A DNA stretch of 64,000 bases, taken from contig JAFTTR010000016.1 of NCBI GenBank assembly GCA_017466695.1, forward strand, positions 4,015 through 68,014, given 5' to 3'. The stretch comes from Alphaproteobacteria bacterium (GTDB taxonomy: Bacteria; Pseudomonadota; Alphaproteobacteria; CAAHEQ01; UBA3637). Below are positions 9,991 to 20,552 of the stretch, one piece after another. The position numbers and the translations under genes were made by a program. The stretch's first letter is position 1. Each line of letters opens with the position of its first letter. Below the pieces are notes generated by a model. It was not told the origin of the DNA. It saw nothing but the letters and a program-made list of their open reading frames with translations, and did not search any database.

Positions 9991-10588
9991 TTTTTTCTCC
10001 CACTATTCTTTTTACATCATTTAACACTGTTTTTGGATTATATACAAGTGATTTTATCCCTAATTGAAGCGCAGCATGTACATTTTCTTTTTTATCATCA
10101 ATAAAGAGTATATTTTGAAATGGTATTTTTGTTTGTTCCTGCACTTTTTTAAAAATCAATTCATCTGGTTTAAGCGCATTTAATTGATAAGACGGAAAAA
10201 TAAATTCTTTATCAAACAAAAGGTTATCAACCGTTGAGGACAATTGAGGCAACGCATTTGAAAGTAGGCCTATTTTTATATTTTTTCCTTTTAAATAAGA
10301 CATCACCTCTTTTGTTTCTTGATAAATTTGCCCTACACCTTTTAATAAAGATAAATTCAACTCTTTTTCAATCTTATCATCAAAATAAAAACCACTTAAA
10401 CAAGAAATATCTTTATAAAAGTCTGAAACCGTTATTTCACCCAGCATTAATTCCCTCCACTTTAAATGAAGCGAATTTTGTTTTATTCCATATTGAGATA
10501 AACACTTGTAAAACGGCTCCAACGAATAAGGATAAACAACCCCTCCACAATCAAGCAAGCAGAGTTTTATATCCTGTTTTTGTCTCAT
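9950..10588 (-). CDS. HAD-superfamily hydrolase (possible nucleotidase)
   Basis: Start chosen at MRQKQDIKLCLLDCGGVV (HAD motif I DxGGV). FIDDKKENVHAALQLG motif near C-terminus. 3' end overlaps the pfkB-like gene by 41 nt. Confidence 0.6.
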   Translation of the reverse strand: MRQKQDIKLCLLDCGGVVYPYSLEPFYKCLSQYGIKQNSLHLKWRELMLGEITVSDFYKDISCLSGFYFDDKIEKELNLSLLKGVGQIYQETKEVMSYLKGKNIKIGLLSNALPQLSSTVDNLLFDKEFIFPSYQLNALKPDELIFKKVQEQTKIPFQNILFIDDKKENVHAALQLGIKSLVYNPKTVLNDVKRIVGEKNVRCSCNRRCNCR

Positions 10589-10595
10589 TTTAAAC

Positions 10596-11015
10596 CTATC
10601 GTTTATTTTCCCAAGGGAGCAAAGGTTTAAAAGGTGGATAAACAAATCCACAGATATCAGGCAGATATGATGAATTTTCAGACTGAAACAAAACACAAGT
10701 TACAAACTCATATTCTGGAAAAATATTCTTCACATCTTCAAAACTTTTTCCTGTTTCTGTCGCATCATCAACCAATAAAAAACGGGTGTTTTTTTCAAAA
10801 TGCTTTAAGGAAGTTCCCCCGTATCCATTTTTCCTTGAATAGTTAATATATTCAAGTTTTTTCCCTAATTGGTAAGCAATAAATCCAGCTGGAATTGCTC
10901 CCCCTCTGCCCAAAGAAACAACAGCTTCAAAAGTAATATTTTGTTCTTTTATTTTTTCCAAACAATTGGCTGCTGATTCTTGAACATCTAACCATGAAAA
11001 ACGTATTTTTTTCAT
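10596..11015 (-). CDS. phosphoribosyltransferase-domain protein
   Basis: 139 aa; PRTase PRPP-binding loop FLLVDDATETGKSF and VVSLGRGGAIPAGF. Confidence 0.7.
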   Translation of the reverse strand: MKKIRFSWLDVQESAANCLEKIKEQNITFEAVVSLGRGGAIPAGFIAYQLGKKLEYINYSRKNGYGGTSLKHFEKNTRFLLVDDATETGKSFEDVKNIFPEYEFVTCVLFQSENSSYLPDICGFVYPPFKPLLPWENKR

Positions 11016-11139
11016 TTTTTATCTTTCCTCTATTTAATCAATGAGAAAGATTATAGGCGTATTTTTAACAAAAAACAATCATTTTTATCCTTTATTTATT
11101 TTATATTATCGGATATAATATAATCAAGGAGTGTATCTT

Positions 11140-11400
11140 ATGAATTTTACCATACAAATAACAACAATTATCGTTTTATTAATTTTGAATATTACAGCAT
11201 ATATTATTACATTTAGCAGTGATTTTGCTATTCAGAATAAGGATTTTTACGATATTATCTCTATTTTTAATGAATTTATTTTCTTAACCTGTTTAATTGC
11301 CGGGTTTAAATTGTTAAAAAAAGCCAAATTCGTTGGATCTATAATTTCTTTTTCAATTCCTCTTCTTTATACAGCTATTCTATATTATTTTTTTAGGTAA
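11140..11400 (+). CDS. hypothetical small membrane protein
   Basis: 86 aa from MNFTIQ (AAGGAG SD upstream); two hydrophobic helices; no recognisable motif. Confidence 0.4.
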   Translation: MNFTIQITTIIVLLILNITAYIITFSSDFAIQNKDFYDIISIFNEFIFLTCLIAGFKLLKKAKFVGSIISFSIPLLYTAILYYFFR

Positions 11401-11409
11401 CAGCTCAAG

Positions 11410-11979
11410 ATGAAAAGAATCCTTCACGTTAATGAAGATATTACACTTATTCAGCAAAACTCCAGAAAAAAACAAGTTTCTGCATTTTTAGGCTTACTTA
11501 AATCAAACGAAAGTAGAATTAAACCCTACTTCCCCGGATTTTATATAGATGGTATTTCTAAAGAATTAGTTGAAGAATCAATTAAAAACAAAGAAAAAGC
11601 ATTTAAAAACAATGAAATAACCAGTTATGCCATTTGTTCACGAAAGAGAAAAAGGATTGTTGGTGAAATTTTAATTTATCATTATCCTAAAAATACAGCA
11701 TCTATCTCCTATTGGATTGACAAACAATCAGAAGGAAAAGGCATTATCAGCCACTCTTTTGATACGGTTCGAAACGAATTATTCCAAACAGATACAGAAT
11801 CTATTTTTGCAAGTTGTGAGGCAAAGAATGAAAAATCCATTCAGCTTCTAAGGAATAAAGGGTTAAAGCAAGTTGCAACATATCAAAATTCAAAGGGGAA
11901 AAAATTTATTGATTTTTGCCAAAGCAAACAAGAATATTTATTTTTAAAAACAAATTTTCAACAAAAGGAAAGAATATAA
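11410..11979 (+). CDS. GNAT-family N-acetyltransferase (RimJ/RimL-like)
   Basis: 189 aa; core IAYWIDKQSEGKGIISHS resembles the GNAT acetyl-CoA binding region. Confidence 0.5.
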   Translation: MKRILHVNEDITLIQQNSRKKQVSAFLGLLKSNESRIKPYFPGFYIDGISKELVEESIKNKEKAFKNNEITSYAICSRKRKRIVGEILIYHYPKNTASISYWIDKQSEGKGIISHSFDTVRNELFQTDTESIFASCEAKNEKSIQLLRNKGLKQVATYQNSKGKKFIDFCQSKQEYLFLKTNFQQKERI

Positions 11980-11982
11980 AAA

Positions 11983-12273
11983 ATGGATTTCATCAATCAA
12001 AAAGAAACTGGCGTTGAAATAAAAGTTCGTATTCATCCAAATGCTAAAAAAGATGGATTTGGTGGTCTTTGGAACGATACACATTTAAAAATTAACATCA
12101 ATGCACCAGCAGTTGATGGGAAAGCAAATTCTTGTCTTATTCAATTTTTAGCAAAATATTTTCACATTAGAAAAAGTGCTATTGAAATAATAAGTGGTGA
12201 AACCTCTCGTGAAAAACGCATTTTCATTCAAGATCTCACCACACAAGATATTTTAGAAAAAATTTCTCTTTAG
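11983..12273 (+). CDS. DUF167/YggU-family protein
   Basis: 96 aa; [19 protein letters not shown] ... VDGKAN ... [18 protein letters not shown] matches the YggU family pattern. Confidence 0.7.
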   Translation: MDFINQKETGVEIKVRIHPNAKKDGFGGLWNDTHLKININAPAVDGKANSCLIQFLAKYFHIRKSAIEIISGETSREKRIFIQDLTTQDILEKISL

Positions 12274-13517
12274 CAAAGTGCTAACAAAATACCTGCTGCA
12301 ATAGCAGAACCAATTGCCCCAGCTACATTTGCACCCATCGCCTGCATTAACAAATGATTTTGAGGGTTTGCTTCCACGCCCAATTTTTCACTCACACGAG
12401 AAGCCATTGGAATAGCTGAAACACCAGCAGAACCAATTAATGGATTGATTTTATTCTTTAAGAATAAGTTCATAAATTTTGCCATCAAAACACCTGAACC
12501 CGTTCCAACAATAAAAGCACATACCCCTAACAATAATACAACCAATGTTTTTGAAACCAAAAACATTTCAGCTGATAACTTTGATCCAACAGAAAGTCCT
12601 AACATAATCGTAACAATGTTAATCAATTCATTTGCTGCTGTTTTTGAAAGTCTTTCCGTAACACCTGATTCTTTTAATAAATTACCAAACATCAACATCC
12701 CAATCAATGGCAATGCCAATGGGACAAATAAGCCTGTCAAAATAACAACCATAATTGGGAAAATAATCCGTTCTTTTTTAGAAACAGGTCTTAATTGAGG
12801 CATTTCAATCAATCGTTCTTTTTTTGTTGTTAATGCGCGCATAACGGGTGGCTGGATAACAGGAACTAATGCCATATATGAATATGCAGCAACAGCTATA
12901 GCTCCTAATAATTCTGGAGCCAACTTGCCAGCCAAAAAGATAGAAGTTGGCCCATCAGCACCCCCAATAATTGCAATGGACGCAGCTTGTTTTAATGTAA
13001 GTCCCAATTCTGGGAATATGCCTGTCAAGCAAATCGCTCCCAAAAATGTTCCAAAAATTGCAAACTGGGCAGCACCTCCTAAAAGTGCTGTTTTTGGATT
13101 TGCCAATAATGGAGAAAAATCAATCATCGCCCCAACCCCCATAAAAATTAAAAGTGGAAAAATTCCATTTTCAATTCCCATGTTGTATAAGACATAAAGC
13201 AAGCCTCCTTCTTGTGTTAGCCCAGCTCCCGGAATATTCGCAAGTAACCCACCCATTGCAATTGGAATTAAAAGTAATGGTTCAAATTTTTTGCAAATTC
13301 CAAAATAGAAAAGCAAGCAACAAATAGCAATCATAATCAGCCTTGAAAAACCAATCGGTAAAAGCATACCCGCTGGTGTTGCCTCTTTAAAAAGCTGACT
13401 AATAGCTGTTTGATCTAAAATAGAAAAAACACTTGTTGAATAAAGCGACAACTCTATCACTAAAAATAGCGAAAAAAGTATAAGTGCACTCCAAAAAAAG
13501 AAAGGATATTTTTTCAT
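12270..13517 (-). CDS. oadB: Na+-transporting oxaloacetate decarboxylase beta subunit
   Basis: 415 aa polytopic membrane protein. Adjacent to alpha and gamma subunits. Confidence 0.85.
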   Translation of the reverse strand: MKKYPFFFWSALILFSLFLVIELSLYSTSVFSILDQTAISQLFKEATPAGMLLPIGFSRLIMIAICCLLFYFGICKKFEPLLLIPIAMGGLLANIPGAGLTQEGGLLYVLYNMGIENGIFPLLIFMGVGAMIDFSPLLANPKTALLGGAAQFAIFGTFLGAICLTGIFPELGLTLKQAASIAIIGGADGPTSIFLAGKLAPELLGAIAVAAYSYMALVPVIQPPVMRALTTKKERLIEMPQLRPVSKKERIIFPIMVVILTGLFVPLALPLIGMLMFGNLLKESGVTERLSKTAANELINIVTIMLGLSVGSKLSAEMFLVSKTLVVLLLGVCAFIVGTGSGVLMAKFMNLFLKNKINPLIGSAGVSAIPMASRVSEKLGVEANPQNHLLMQAMGANVAGAIGSAIAAGILLALC

Positions 13518-15344
13518 TTAAGCAACCTCTACTAGTTTTTTGTTTGTTTCAACCTGTTCACCTGCTTGAACAAATATTTTTGAAATTTTACCAGCTTTAG
13601 GAGCTTGAACAAATGTTTCCATCTTCATCACTTCAACAACACACAAATTTTGTCCTTGAGAAACAGTGTCGCCTTCTTTTACTAAAATTTGTGTAATTGT
13701 TCCCGGCATTTTAGCAGATACAATTTCTTTAGAACCTGTTGTTTCTGATTTAATTTCAGCTTTATTATCTGAATCACTTTCTAAAGCTTTTAATCCAGAA
13801 ACTTGGTAAACCTCTCCATTTACAAAAGCTGTATCCCCTTTAATTTCAACTTTAAACTCTTCCCCATCGATTTTAACACTATATACTTGAGTTGAAGGTG
13901 AATTTGTTTCTACTGATACAGGCTTTTCCTTATAGCGAACGCCAACCTTGGCTTTCCCTTCAAGGAATGCAATCCCCTTTGCCCCACAAGCAGCCGTGAT
14001 AAAGACATTTTCATCTGTCAATGGCAATTTATGTTCTTTTAATATACCTTCATAATGGGTTCGTGATTTTTGTGGATTTTTATCATTCAAAGACAATACA
14101 CTTGCTTTTGTTGGTTTTAATCCCAATTGTTCAGAAGCGATTTTAATAACTTCTTTATCTGGAGCAACCGGTGTTTTACCAAAATAACCTAAAACCATTT
14201 TGCCATAACCTTCAGCAATTTTATTCCACTTTCCAAACATGACATTATTAAACGCTTGTTGGAAATAAAATTGAGAAACCGGCGTAACAGAAGTGCCAAA
14301 ACCACCCTTTAAAACAACCTCTTCCATTGCCTTGATAATTTCAGCATATTTATCCATCAAATTGTTATCACGAAGCATTTGCGTATTAGCCGTCAAAGCC
14401 CCCCCTGGCATTGGAGACCAAGGAATCATTGGTTCTGTATGTAACGCTTCAGGAGGGATGAAATAATCATTCAAAGCTTCTTTAAAATGGTCTTCAACAC
14501 GCATAAGTGCATCAATATCACAATCAAGGGTGTAATCAGATTCTCTTAAAGCATGCCAAAATGTTGCTACATCCGGTTGACAAGTTCCACCAGAAACAGG
14601 TGCCATAGACAAATCAACCATATCTGCCCCACCTTCAACAGCAGCTAAATAACAAGCCAGACCAGTCCCAGCTGTTTCATGCGAATGAAATTGTATCATG
14701 ACATCATTTCCAAGCAACTTCCTAGCTCTTTTAATTGTTTCATAAACAACTTTTGGTACGGCTGTTCCTGATGCATCTTTAAAACAAATTGAGTCAAATG
14801 GTATTTTACTTTTCAAAAATGCTTTTAGCCTATCTTCATAAAAATCCGGTGTATGAGCCCCAGTACAATGTGGAGGAAGCGACATCATCGCTACGCACAG
14901 TTGATGCTTCAACCCAGCTTCTGTGATACATTTTGCACTATAAATCAAATTTTGAGGATCATTTAATGCATCAAAATTACGAATCGTTGTCATTCCATGT
15001 TTTTTAAACATTTGAGCATGTAATTTAATCATCTCCGAACTTTGCGAATCAAGAGCAACAACGTTAACCCCCCGGGCTAATGTTTGTAAATTGACTCCAT
15101 CACCACATATTGAACGAAACGAATCCATAACATCAAAGGCGTTTTCATTATTATAAAAAAAGGCAGCTTGGAAAGAAGCACCACCACCTGCTTCAATATT
15201 TTTCACCCCTGCTGCAACAGCTTCTTTAACAATTGGCAAATAATCTTTTGATAAAACACGAGCCCCAAAAACGGATTGAAACCCATCTCTAAAAGCTGTA
15301 CACAACCATTGAACTTTTTTTTGTTTTTTTGTTTTTGAAACCAT
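13518..15344 (-). CDS. oadA: oxaloacetate decarboxylase alpha subunit (carboxyltransferase + biotinyl domain)
   Basis: 608 aa; N-terminal TIM-barrel carboxyltransferase (pyruvate carboxylase 5S-like); C-terminal biotinyl-lysine motif EVMKME. Confidence 0.9.
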   Translation of the reverse strand: MVSKTKKQKKVQWLCTAFRDGFQSVFGARVLSKDYLPIVKEAVAAGVKNIEAGGGASFQAAFFYNNENAFDVMDSFRSICGDGVNLQTLARGVNVVALDSQSSEMIKLHAQMFKKHGMTTIRNFDALNDPQNLIYSAKCITEAGLKHQLCVAMMSLPPHCTGAHTPDFYEDRLKAFLKSKIPFDSICFKDASGTAVPKVVYETIKRARKLLGNDVMIQFHSHETAGTGLACYLAAVEGGADMVDLSMAPVSGGTCQPDVATFWHALRESDYTLDCDIDALMRVEDHFKEALNDYFIPPEALHTEPMIPWSPMPGGALTANTQMLRDNNLMDKYAEIIKAMEEVVLKGGFGTSVTPVSQFYFQQAFNNVMFGKWNKIAEGYGKMVLGYFGKTPVAPDKEVIKIASEQLGLKPTKASVLSLNDKNPQKSRTHYEGILKEHKLPLTDENVFITAACGAKGIAFLEGKAKVGVRYKEKPVSVETNSPSTQVYSVKIDGEEFKVEIKGDTAFVNGEVYQVSGLKALESDSDNKAEIKSETTGSKEIVSAKMPGTITQILVKEGDTVSQGQNLCVVEVMKMETFVQAPKAGKISKIFVQAGEQVETNKKLVEVA

Positions 15345-15524
15345 TTATTTCCCCTTTTGAGCTGTCATAGCTAACACAATTGCTAATGCTTTTTTATCCA
15401 TATTTTTATTCTTATTTTCTTTTACAAGAACGGATAACAAATGCATAAAACAAACTAAAATAAACAGGAAGAAAAAAACACTTCCCATACCAAGTAATGT
15501 AATAATTAAACTTTTTGTAATCAT
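15345..15524 (-). CDS. oadG: oxaloacetate decarboxylase gamma subunit (small membrane anchor)
   Basis: Not in ORF track (59 aa). Minus-strand ATG at 15524; MITKSLIITLLGMGSVFFFLFILVCFMHLLSVLVKENKNKNMDKKALAIVLAMTAQKGK. Single TM plus basic tail as in OadG; stop abuts the oadA start (TAAATG). Confidence 0.6.
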   Translation of the reverse strand: MITKSLIITLLGMGSVFFFLFILVCFMHLLSVLVKENKNKNMDKKALAIVLAMTAQKGK

Positions 15525-15676
15525 GTTTATCCCCTTTTTTTTATTACAATAACATCAAAAAAAAGCGTTTGCAAGAGATTTAAAAATTTTATTCTTTCAA
15601 AACCTGTTGAAAATTATAAAAAAAAAATGTACTATTATCTTAATTACACATTTATTTTTAGATAATAAGGAAGAAC

Positions 15677-16699
15677 ATGCTCGATTTTAAAAACAAAACT
15701 ATTTTAACTGGGGTTAAACCAACAGGAACGCTACATATTGGTAACTATTTTGGAGCCATTGCTCCTATGGTTGATTTGGGTAAAAAATTTGCACAAGAAG
15801 GCACCCACATTATGTTTGTTGCTGACTATCACGCTATCAATGCAATTAAGGATGCTGAATTTTTGGAAAAAACAACTAAGGAAATTGCCTGTGTTTATTT
15901 AGCAGCAGGATTAGATCCAAATAAATCCATTTTCTATCGTCAATCTGATATTCCTGAAATTTTTGAGTTAACAACGATTTTAATGGCCTATACACCCAAA
16001 GGATTTATGAACAAAGCGCATGCATACAAAGCTGCCGTTGATAAAAATACAGCCAAAGGTGATCCAACAGATGCCGGTATTAACATGGGGCTTTATACTT
16101 ATCCTGTCTTAATGGCAGCAGATATCCTTGCTTATGATACTGATATTGTCCCTGTTGGGAAAGATCAGGTACAACACGTTGAAATCGCAGCTGATATTGC
16201 TGGAGCTATTAATGCTATTTATAATAAAGAGGTATTAAAAATTCCAACAAGCTATCTTAAAGAAGAAGCTCAAGTTTTACCTGGAACTGATGGTCAAAAA
16301 ATGAGCAAAAGTTACAATAACGTTATTCCCTTATTTGGAACTGACGCCGAAATTAAAAAAGCTGTTATGGGAATTAAAACAGACTCCCAAGATATAAATG
16401 CCCCTAAAAATCCGGAAGACATTCTTTTATATCATATAGCAAAAGGAATTGCTCCTCAAGAAACTCTTTTAGAAATCAAAGAAGGACTTGAAAAAGGGGG
16501 TATGGGCTATGGCACAATTAAAAAAATATTGTTGCAAAATATTTTAGACATCATCGGAGAAAAAAGAGAAAAATACAATTACTACTTGTCTCACTATGAT
16601 GAAGTTGAAGACATGTTAAAACAAGGTGCAATAAAAGCAAGAAACATTTCTCGTCCTGTTTTAGAACGTGTCAAAGATAGTATTTTTAACCGGAAATAG
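15677..16699 (+). CDS. trpS: tryptophan--tRNA ligase
   Basis: 340 aa; class I HIGH (TGTLHIGNYFGA) and KMSKS motifs. Confidence 0.95.
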   Translation: MLDFKNKTILTGVKPTGTLHIGNYFGAIAPMVDLGKKFAQEGTHIMFVADYHAINAIKDAEFLEKTTKEIACVYLAAGLDPNKSIFYRQSDIPEIFELTTILMAYTPKGFMNKAHAYKAAVDKNTAKGDPTDAGINMGLYTYPVLMAADILAYDTDIVPVGKDQVQHVEIAADIAGAINAIYNKEVLKIPTSYLKEEAQVLPGTDGQKMSKSYNNVIPLFGTDAEIKKAVMGIKTDSQDINAPKNPEDILLYHIAKGIAPQETLLEIKEGLEKGGMGYGTIKKILLQNILDIIGEKREKYNYYLSHYDEVEDMLKQGAIKARNISRPVLERVKDSIFNRK

Positions 16700-16707
16700 G
16701 AGTTCAT

Positions 16708-17358
16708 ATGAAATATGGCATTTTTTTAGCGAGTTGTTGTCTTATTCCTAATCTTTGCCTTGCGTCTATTGAAAGCGTGAGCGTTATCGGATCAAGTGAT
16801 CCTGTTTTTAACAACTCTTTTTTAAAAAATGCCTCTCAACTCGCTGTATCGCTTGTGAACCAAAAAAAAACTGTCCTTTGCAGTAATGAAGGAACAGGCG
16901 TTTCTGGTGCATTTTTAAAAACACTTTCAGATAGAAAAGGCTCTTTTAGTGCTGTTGGATATAATGAAAAAGACAAAACCAACTGTCCTAAAAATCATCC
17001 TTGTCAAACAATCAATGATCAAAAAGTATCTAGTATTGAAGCCCAGATAGATTATTTTCTTTCTTATGGGGATGGCATTGTATTTCTTCCTGGAAGTTTT
17101 GATGTTTTATATGCCTTTAACTATTTACAAACACTCTCGAAACAGGAAATTATGGTTTATAAACCTGTTGTCTTTTTAAACACAAATCATTATTGGGATA
17201 GACTAAAAGAAATGTTGATTGAAATGAAAAGACAAAATGTTATCTCTCAAAGCATCCTTGACACCATTGCATTCGAAAATAAACCGGATTCAGTTGTAAA
17301 AACACTTGAAAAACTTGAAAAGACAATTCAAAAGCTAAATAAAGATAAAAAGTTATAA
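16708..17358 (+). CDS. hypothetical protein (possible degenerate Rossmann/LOG-like fold)
   Basis: 216 aa; hydrophobic N-terminus; weak resemblance to LOG-type motifs only. Confidence 0.4.
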   Translation: MKYGIFLASCCLIPNLCLASIESVSVIGSSDPVFNNSFLKNASQLAVSLVNQKKTVLCSNEGTGVSGAFLKTLSDRKGSFSAVGYNEKDKTNCPKNHPCQTINDQKVSSIEAQIDYFLSYGDGIVFLPGSFDVLYAFNYLQTLSKQEIMVYKPVVFLNTNHYWDRLKEMLIEMKRQNVISQSILDTIAFENKPDSVVKTLEKLEKTIQKLNKDKKL

Positions 17359-17365
17359 AGTAAAA

Positions 17366-17405
17366 ATAGCCCATTTGATTTAAATTCAAATGGGCTATTT
17401 TTTTA
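17366..17405. terminator. bidirectional rho-independent terminator
   Basis: 13-bp perfect stem atagcccatttga / tcaaatgggctat, 7-nt loop, T8 run; lies between convergent genes. Confidence 0.8.
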
Positions 17406-20400
17406 TTTAAAAAATCGTCCTAAAATCCCTGGAGCAATGCTTGACAAAGGATTAAACGAAACTCTCGGATTCCCTGGAGTCCCTGTTAAATCATATTTAA
17501 CACCCACAAGACCGCCTCCTTTTGAATCTTTGAATAACTGACCAATAATTGGAATACGCCCTGGTAATGAATTAATAATATAAGCAGGAATAACAGACCC
17601 AGAAATTGCTAAAGCTGAAAAAGAAGCTCTTCCTGAAAATGTAACACCAAGAGCAGTTCCATAAGTTACACCATCTTGAATAAATAATGTAAAATTTGGG
17701 GATAATGCAAAAGGAATGCTTCCGTTTGAAAAACTCAAATCGTTACCACTAAGCGCATCCCATATACCTAAAATTGTAACAGCTTGCATAATAAATCCAG
17801 GCTTTTTAAGATTAATATCCTTCAAAGTCAATTCTCCAGAAAATCCTCCATTTGGCAAAATTTTAGCTTCAATTTTTGCTTTTCCTTTTTCAAACTGGTC
17901 TGAAAAACCTAACCGATTGAGCAAATCACCAACATCATTTGTTAAAGCATCTAACTTGCCTTTTTTGGGGGTTAAATTTACTGAAATAGCTTCTCGTCCC
18001 ATTGCAAATAAAAACAAGTTTTGCCATAACGACCCATTCCGATAAGCTTTTAATGAAACTTGTTTTAAAGGCATATCTTTTTTCAATGTCAAAGAATCAA
18101 AATCAACATCAAAATAAATCTCTGACAAATCATTCCCTCCAATAGGCGTCATTTTATGTTCAGCTTTTGGATTAGGTAATGAATTTTTAATCAATGGAAA
18201 ATCTTTTAACCCACTTAAATTCCATGAACTTCCCTTTAAATTAACTTTTAAAAATTCTTTTTGATAATATTCAATGGAACCATTAAAAGAAGAATCTGAT
18301 GTTTTTACATTATCTAAAAACAAAGAAAAACCATCCTTTTCAAACTGACTCTTCCCTTTTATTTTTACATTTTCACCTTCTTTATAGTCAAAATAAATAT
18401 CTGTTAATCCCTTTTTAGGCAAAACTGAAAATTCATTTTTCAAAGTAGCCCGTTTACCTGCATTTTTAAAATACGTCAAGGGATAAAGCGATACATTTGC
18501 AGGTGTCAAATCAGATGATATATCAAAATAATATGTTCCATCATATGTTTTTTCAATTTTCATATTAGAATAAAAATGACCATTTAAAAATGCTGTAATA
18601 TCCTTATAATAAGGAGCTAAAAATGAATCACTCAATAATCCAGAAACCTCATAAACACTTTGTTTATCTTTTGGTTTTGAAACATCAAAAAATTCTTCCC
18701 ATTTTAATTTAAATGGGGTTTCAAAAACCTGAGCATTACCCTCAACTTTAAGTCTATCATTATTCACTTCTAATTCTAAATTTGCTGATTTAAGAAGCAG
18801 TTGATCAAATGGCAATTCTATCGTTGAATTTTGAATACTTGCTTTTACATCTGCTCGGACATCTATTGGTTTCAAATCGTCTGTTAATGGGAAGTTTAAA
18901 ACAACTTGTCCATTGGCCAAACCACTTGTTTTTTGTGGAGCAAAACCCAGTGGTTTAATTAAATCGAACGGCTTAGAATCAATAATTGTCAACATTTCAT
19001 TAATTGGACCTGTTACATTTAATTCAATTTTCGCATTCGAAATATCATCAAGTAATTCCGTTAAATAAACATTTCCCACATCCAACTTAATATTACCCAA
19101 CATCCCTGTATGAGCGAAAATTTCAACTCTATCTGGGTAAAGCATAACCTTGCCCCCTGCTTGTTCAATAGGAGGCTGTGGTCTTAAATAATGCACACTA
19201 ACACCTTCAAAATCAACATCTCCAACTAAATCTGTAATTTCACTTCCTGTAAAATAAAGAGTAAATAAAGCTGTTGAAGCCTCCCCTCCAATTAAATTTT
19301 CTTTTACCCATGCATGTGCCGTTGGGCCCAAATAAGAGGGCCAAACATTTGAAACTTCATTCATTGGAATGTGTTTTAATCTGGCATTAATTGTTGTTTG
19401 AATATCATTCATATCATTGGTATCAAAAAACTGTCCAATACCTGAAATCGAAATATCAACATCAGCTGTTAATCCCGTTGTTAAGGCAACTTCAACCGGT
19501 TGAATTTTTAATTTATCTAATCCATCCCTAAAAACACCTTGAGCTGTAATTTTTTGAATAGGATAAACAATATCTAATGGATGAGGCAAATATACACTAC
19601 CATTATTGGTTGTTTCTATTGAAAAATCCATTTTTTTGATAACATTGCGTAATGTTTCATCTTTTTTAGAAAAATCTATTTCTCCATTTACATTGCCTTT
19701 TAAGGTTACCTTAAAACCTTTAAACAAATCAAAAGCTCTCCCTACCTCATCTAATTTTAAATGATTAAACGCAGCATTAAATGATAAAGTCTTAGCTACT
19801 GATTTTAATTTTCCATTCAAACTCAATTGCATGGGGGCATTATTCTGAGTTAAAATTTTTGCAGTTGACTCAATATCATATTGAAAAAAACGTCTTCGCT
19901 TTACCGTTAAATTTAAATTTGGAAATACAATTTTTTTATTTTCCTTCAAATCATTTACAACCAATGCCGAATCTTTTAATGTAAAACGTCTTAACTTATA
20001 AAATAAATTTAATGGCTTTACAAAATCGTTAATAATGATTGCTTGATGGTCAACTAAAACGGATTGATTAGTGTCTTTTAAAAGGTCAATAGGTGTACTA
20101 TAAGCTATCGTTCCCTCTTGGTCTTCTAAAATAAAACGTCCATCTTTTGTCAAGGTTAAGTGTAAATAGGCTTTTTCAACATAAACTGTTTTAGGAATAG
20201 GATTCAAACTTAAAAGTTGCCAAATACCATATGAAAATTTAACATTTGGTAATGCAATAATCGTAAGATTTTGTTTATCTTTAATTTCTAAATTATCGAT
20301 TTGTACATGAAATAATCCAAGCCTTGTTGCAGAGGCGTTTAAAACAATACTATCGGCGCTCAAATGCAAATTACCCGAAGGTGAAATATACGTTTCAACT

Positions 20401-20552
20401 TGAGGCAATAAAAAACTCAAGTCAATAGGTTCTTTTTCAAGTTTATAATACAAAGTCCCAATTGCCCCAACAATTAAGACAACCATCAATAAACAAAAAT
20501 ATTTTAACCCTCTTAAAAATAATCTCAATGGTTTATTTATCTTCTTTTTCAT
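17403..20552 (-). CDS. AsmA/TamB-like large envelope protein
   Basis: 1049 aa; single N-terminal TM anchor then a long beta-rich periplasmic region with conserved C-terminal GNPRVSFNPLSSIAPGILGRFFK (AsmA-family-like C-terminus). Start overlaps the pit stop codon (ATGA). Confidence 0.65.
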   Translation of the reverse strand: MKKKINKPLRLFLRGLKYFCLLMVVLIVGAIGTLYYKLEKEPIDLSFLLPQVETYISPSGNLHLSADSIVLNASATRLGLFHVQIDNLEIKDKQNLTIIALPNVKFSYGIWQLLSLNPIPKTVYVEKAYLHLTLTKDGRFILEDQEGTIAYSTPIDLLKDTNQSVLVDHQAIIINDFVKPLNLFYKLRRFTLKDSALVVNDLKENKKIVFPNLNLTVKRRRFFQYDIESTAKILTQNNAPMQLSLNGKLKSVAKTLSFNAAFNHLKLDEVGRAFDLFKGFKVTLKGNVNGEIDFSKKDETLRNVIKKMDFSIETTNNGSVYLPHPLDIVYPIQKITAQGVFRDGLDKLKIQPVEVALTTGLTADVDISISGIGQFFDTNDMNDIQTTINARLKHIPMNEVSNVWPSYLGPTAHAWVKENLIGGEASTALFTLYFTGSEITDLVGDVDFEGVSVHYLRPQPPIEQAGGKVMLYPDRVEIFAHTGMLGNIKLDVGNVYLTELLDDISNAKIELNVTGPINEMLTIIDSKPFDLIKPLGFAPQKTSGLANGQVVLNFPLTDDLKPIDVRADVKASIQNSTIELPFDQLLLKSANLELEVNNDRLKVEGNAQVFETPFKLKWEEFFDVSKPKDKQSVYEVSGLLSDSFLAPYYKDITAFLNGHFYSNMKIEKTYDGTYYFDISSDLTPANVSLYPLTYFKNAGKRATLKNEFSVLPKKGLTDIYFDYKEGENVKIKGKSQFEKDGFSLFLDNVKTSDSSFNGSIEYYQKEFLKVNLKGSSWNLSGLKDFPLIKNSLPNPKAEHKMTPIGGNDLSEIYFDVDFDSLTLKKDMPLKQVSLKAYRNGSLWQNLFLFAMGREAISVNLTPKKGKLDALTNDVGDLLNRLGFSDQFEKGKAKIEAKILPNGGFSGELTLKDINLKKPGFIMQAVTILGIWDALSGNDLSFSNGSIPFALSPNFTLFIQDGVTYGTALGVTFSGRASFSALAISGSVIPAYIINSLPGRIPIIGQLFKDSKGGGLVGVKYDLTGTPGNPRVSFNPLSSIAPGILGRFFK

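Noticed and set aside
16708-17358. Second LOG-family (cytokinin-activating-like) gene.
   Set aside because: Only a loose GxGxxG-like stretch (GTGVSGAF) and a degenerate PGSFDVLYAF block. The diagnostic PGGxGTxxE motif is not present. Left as hypothetical.
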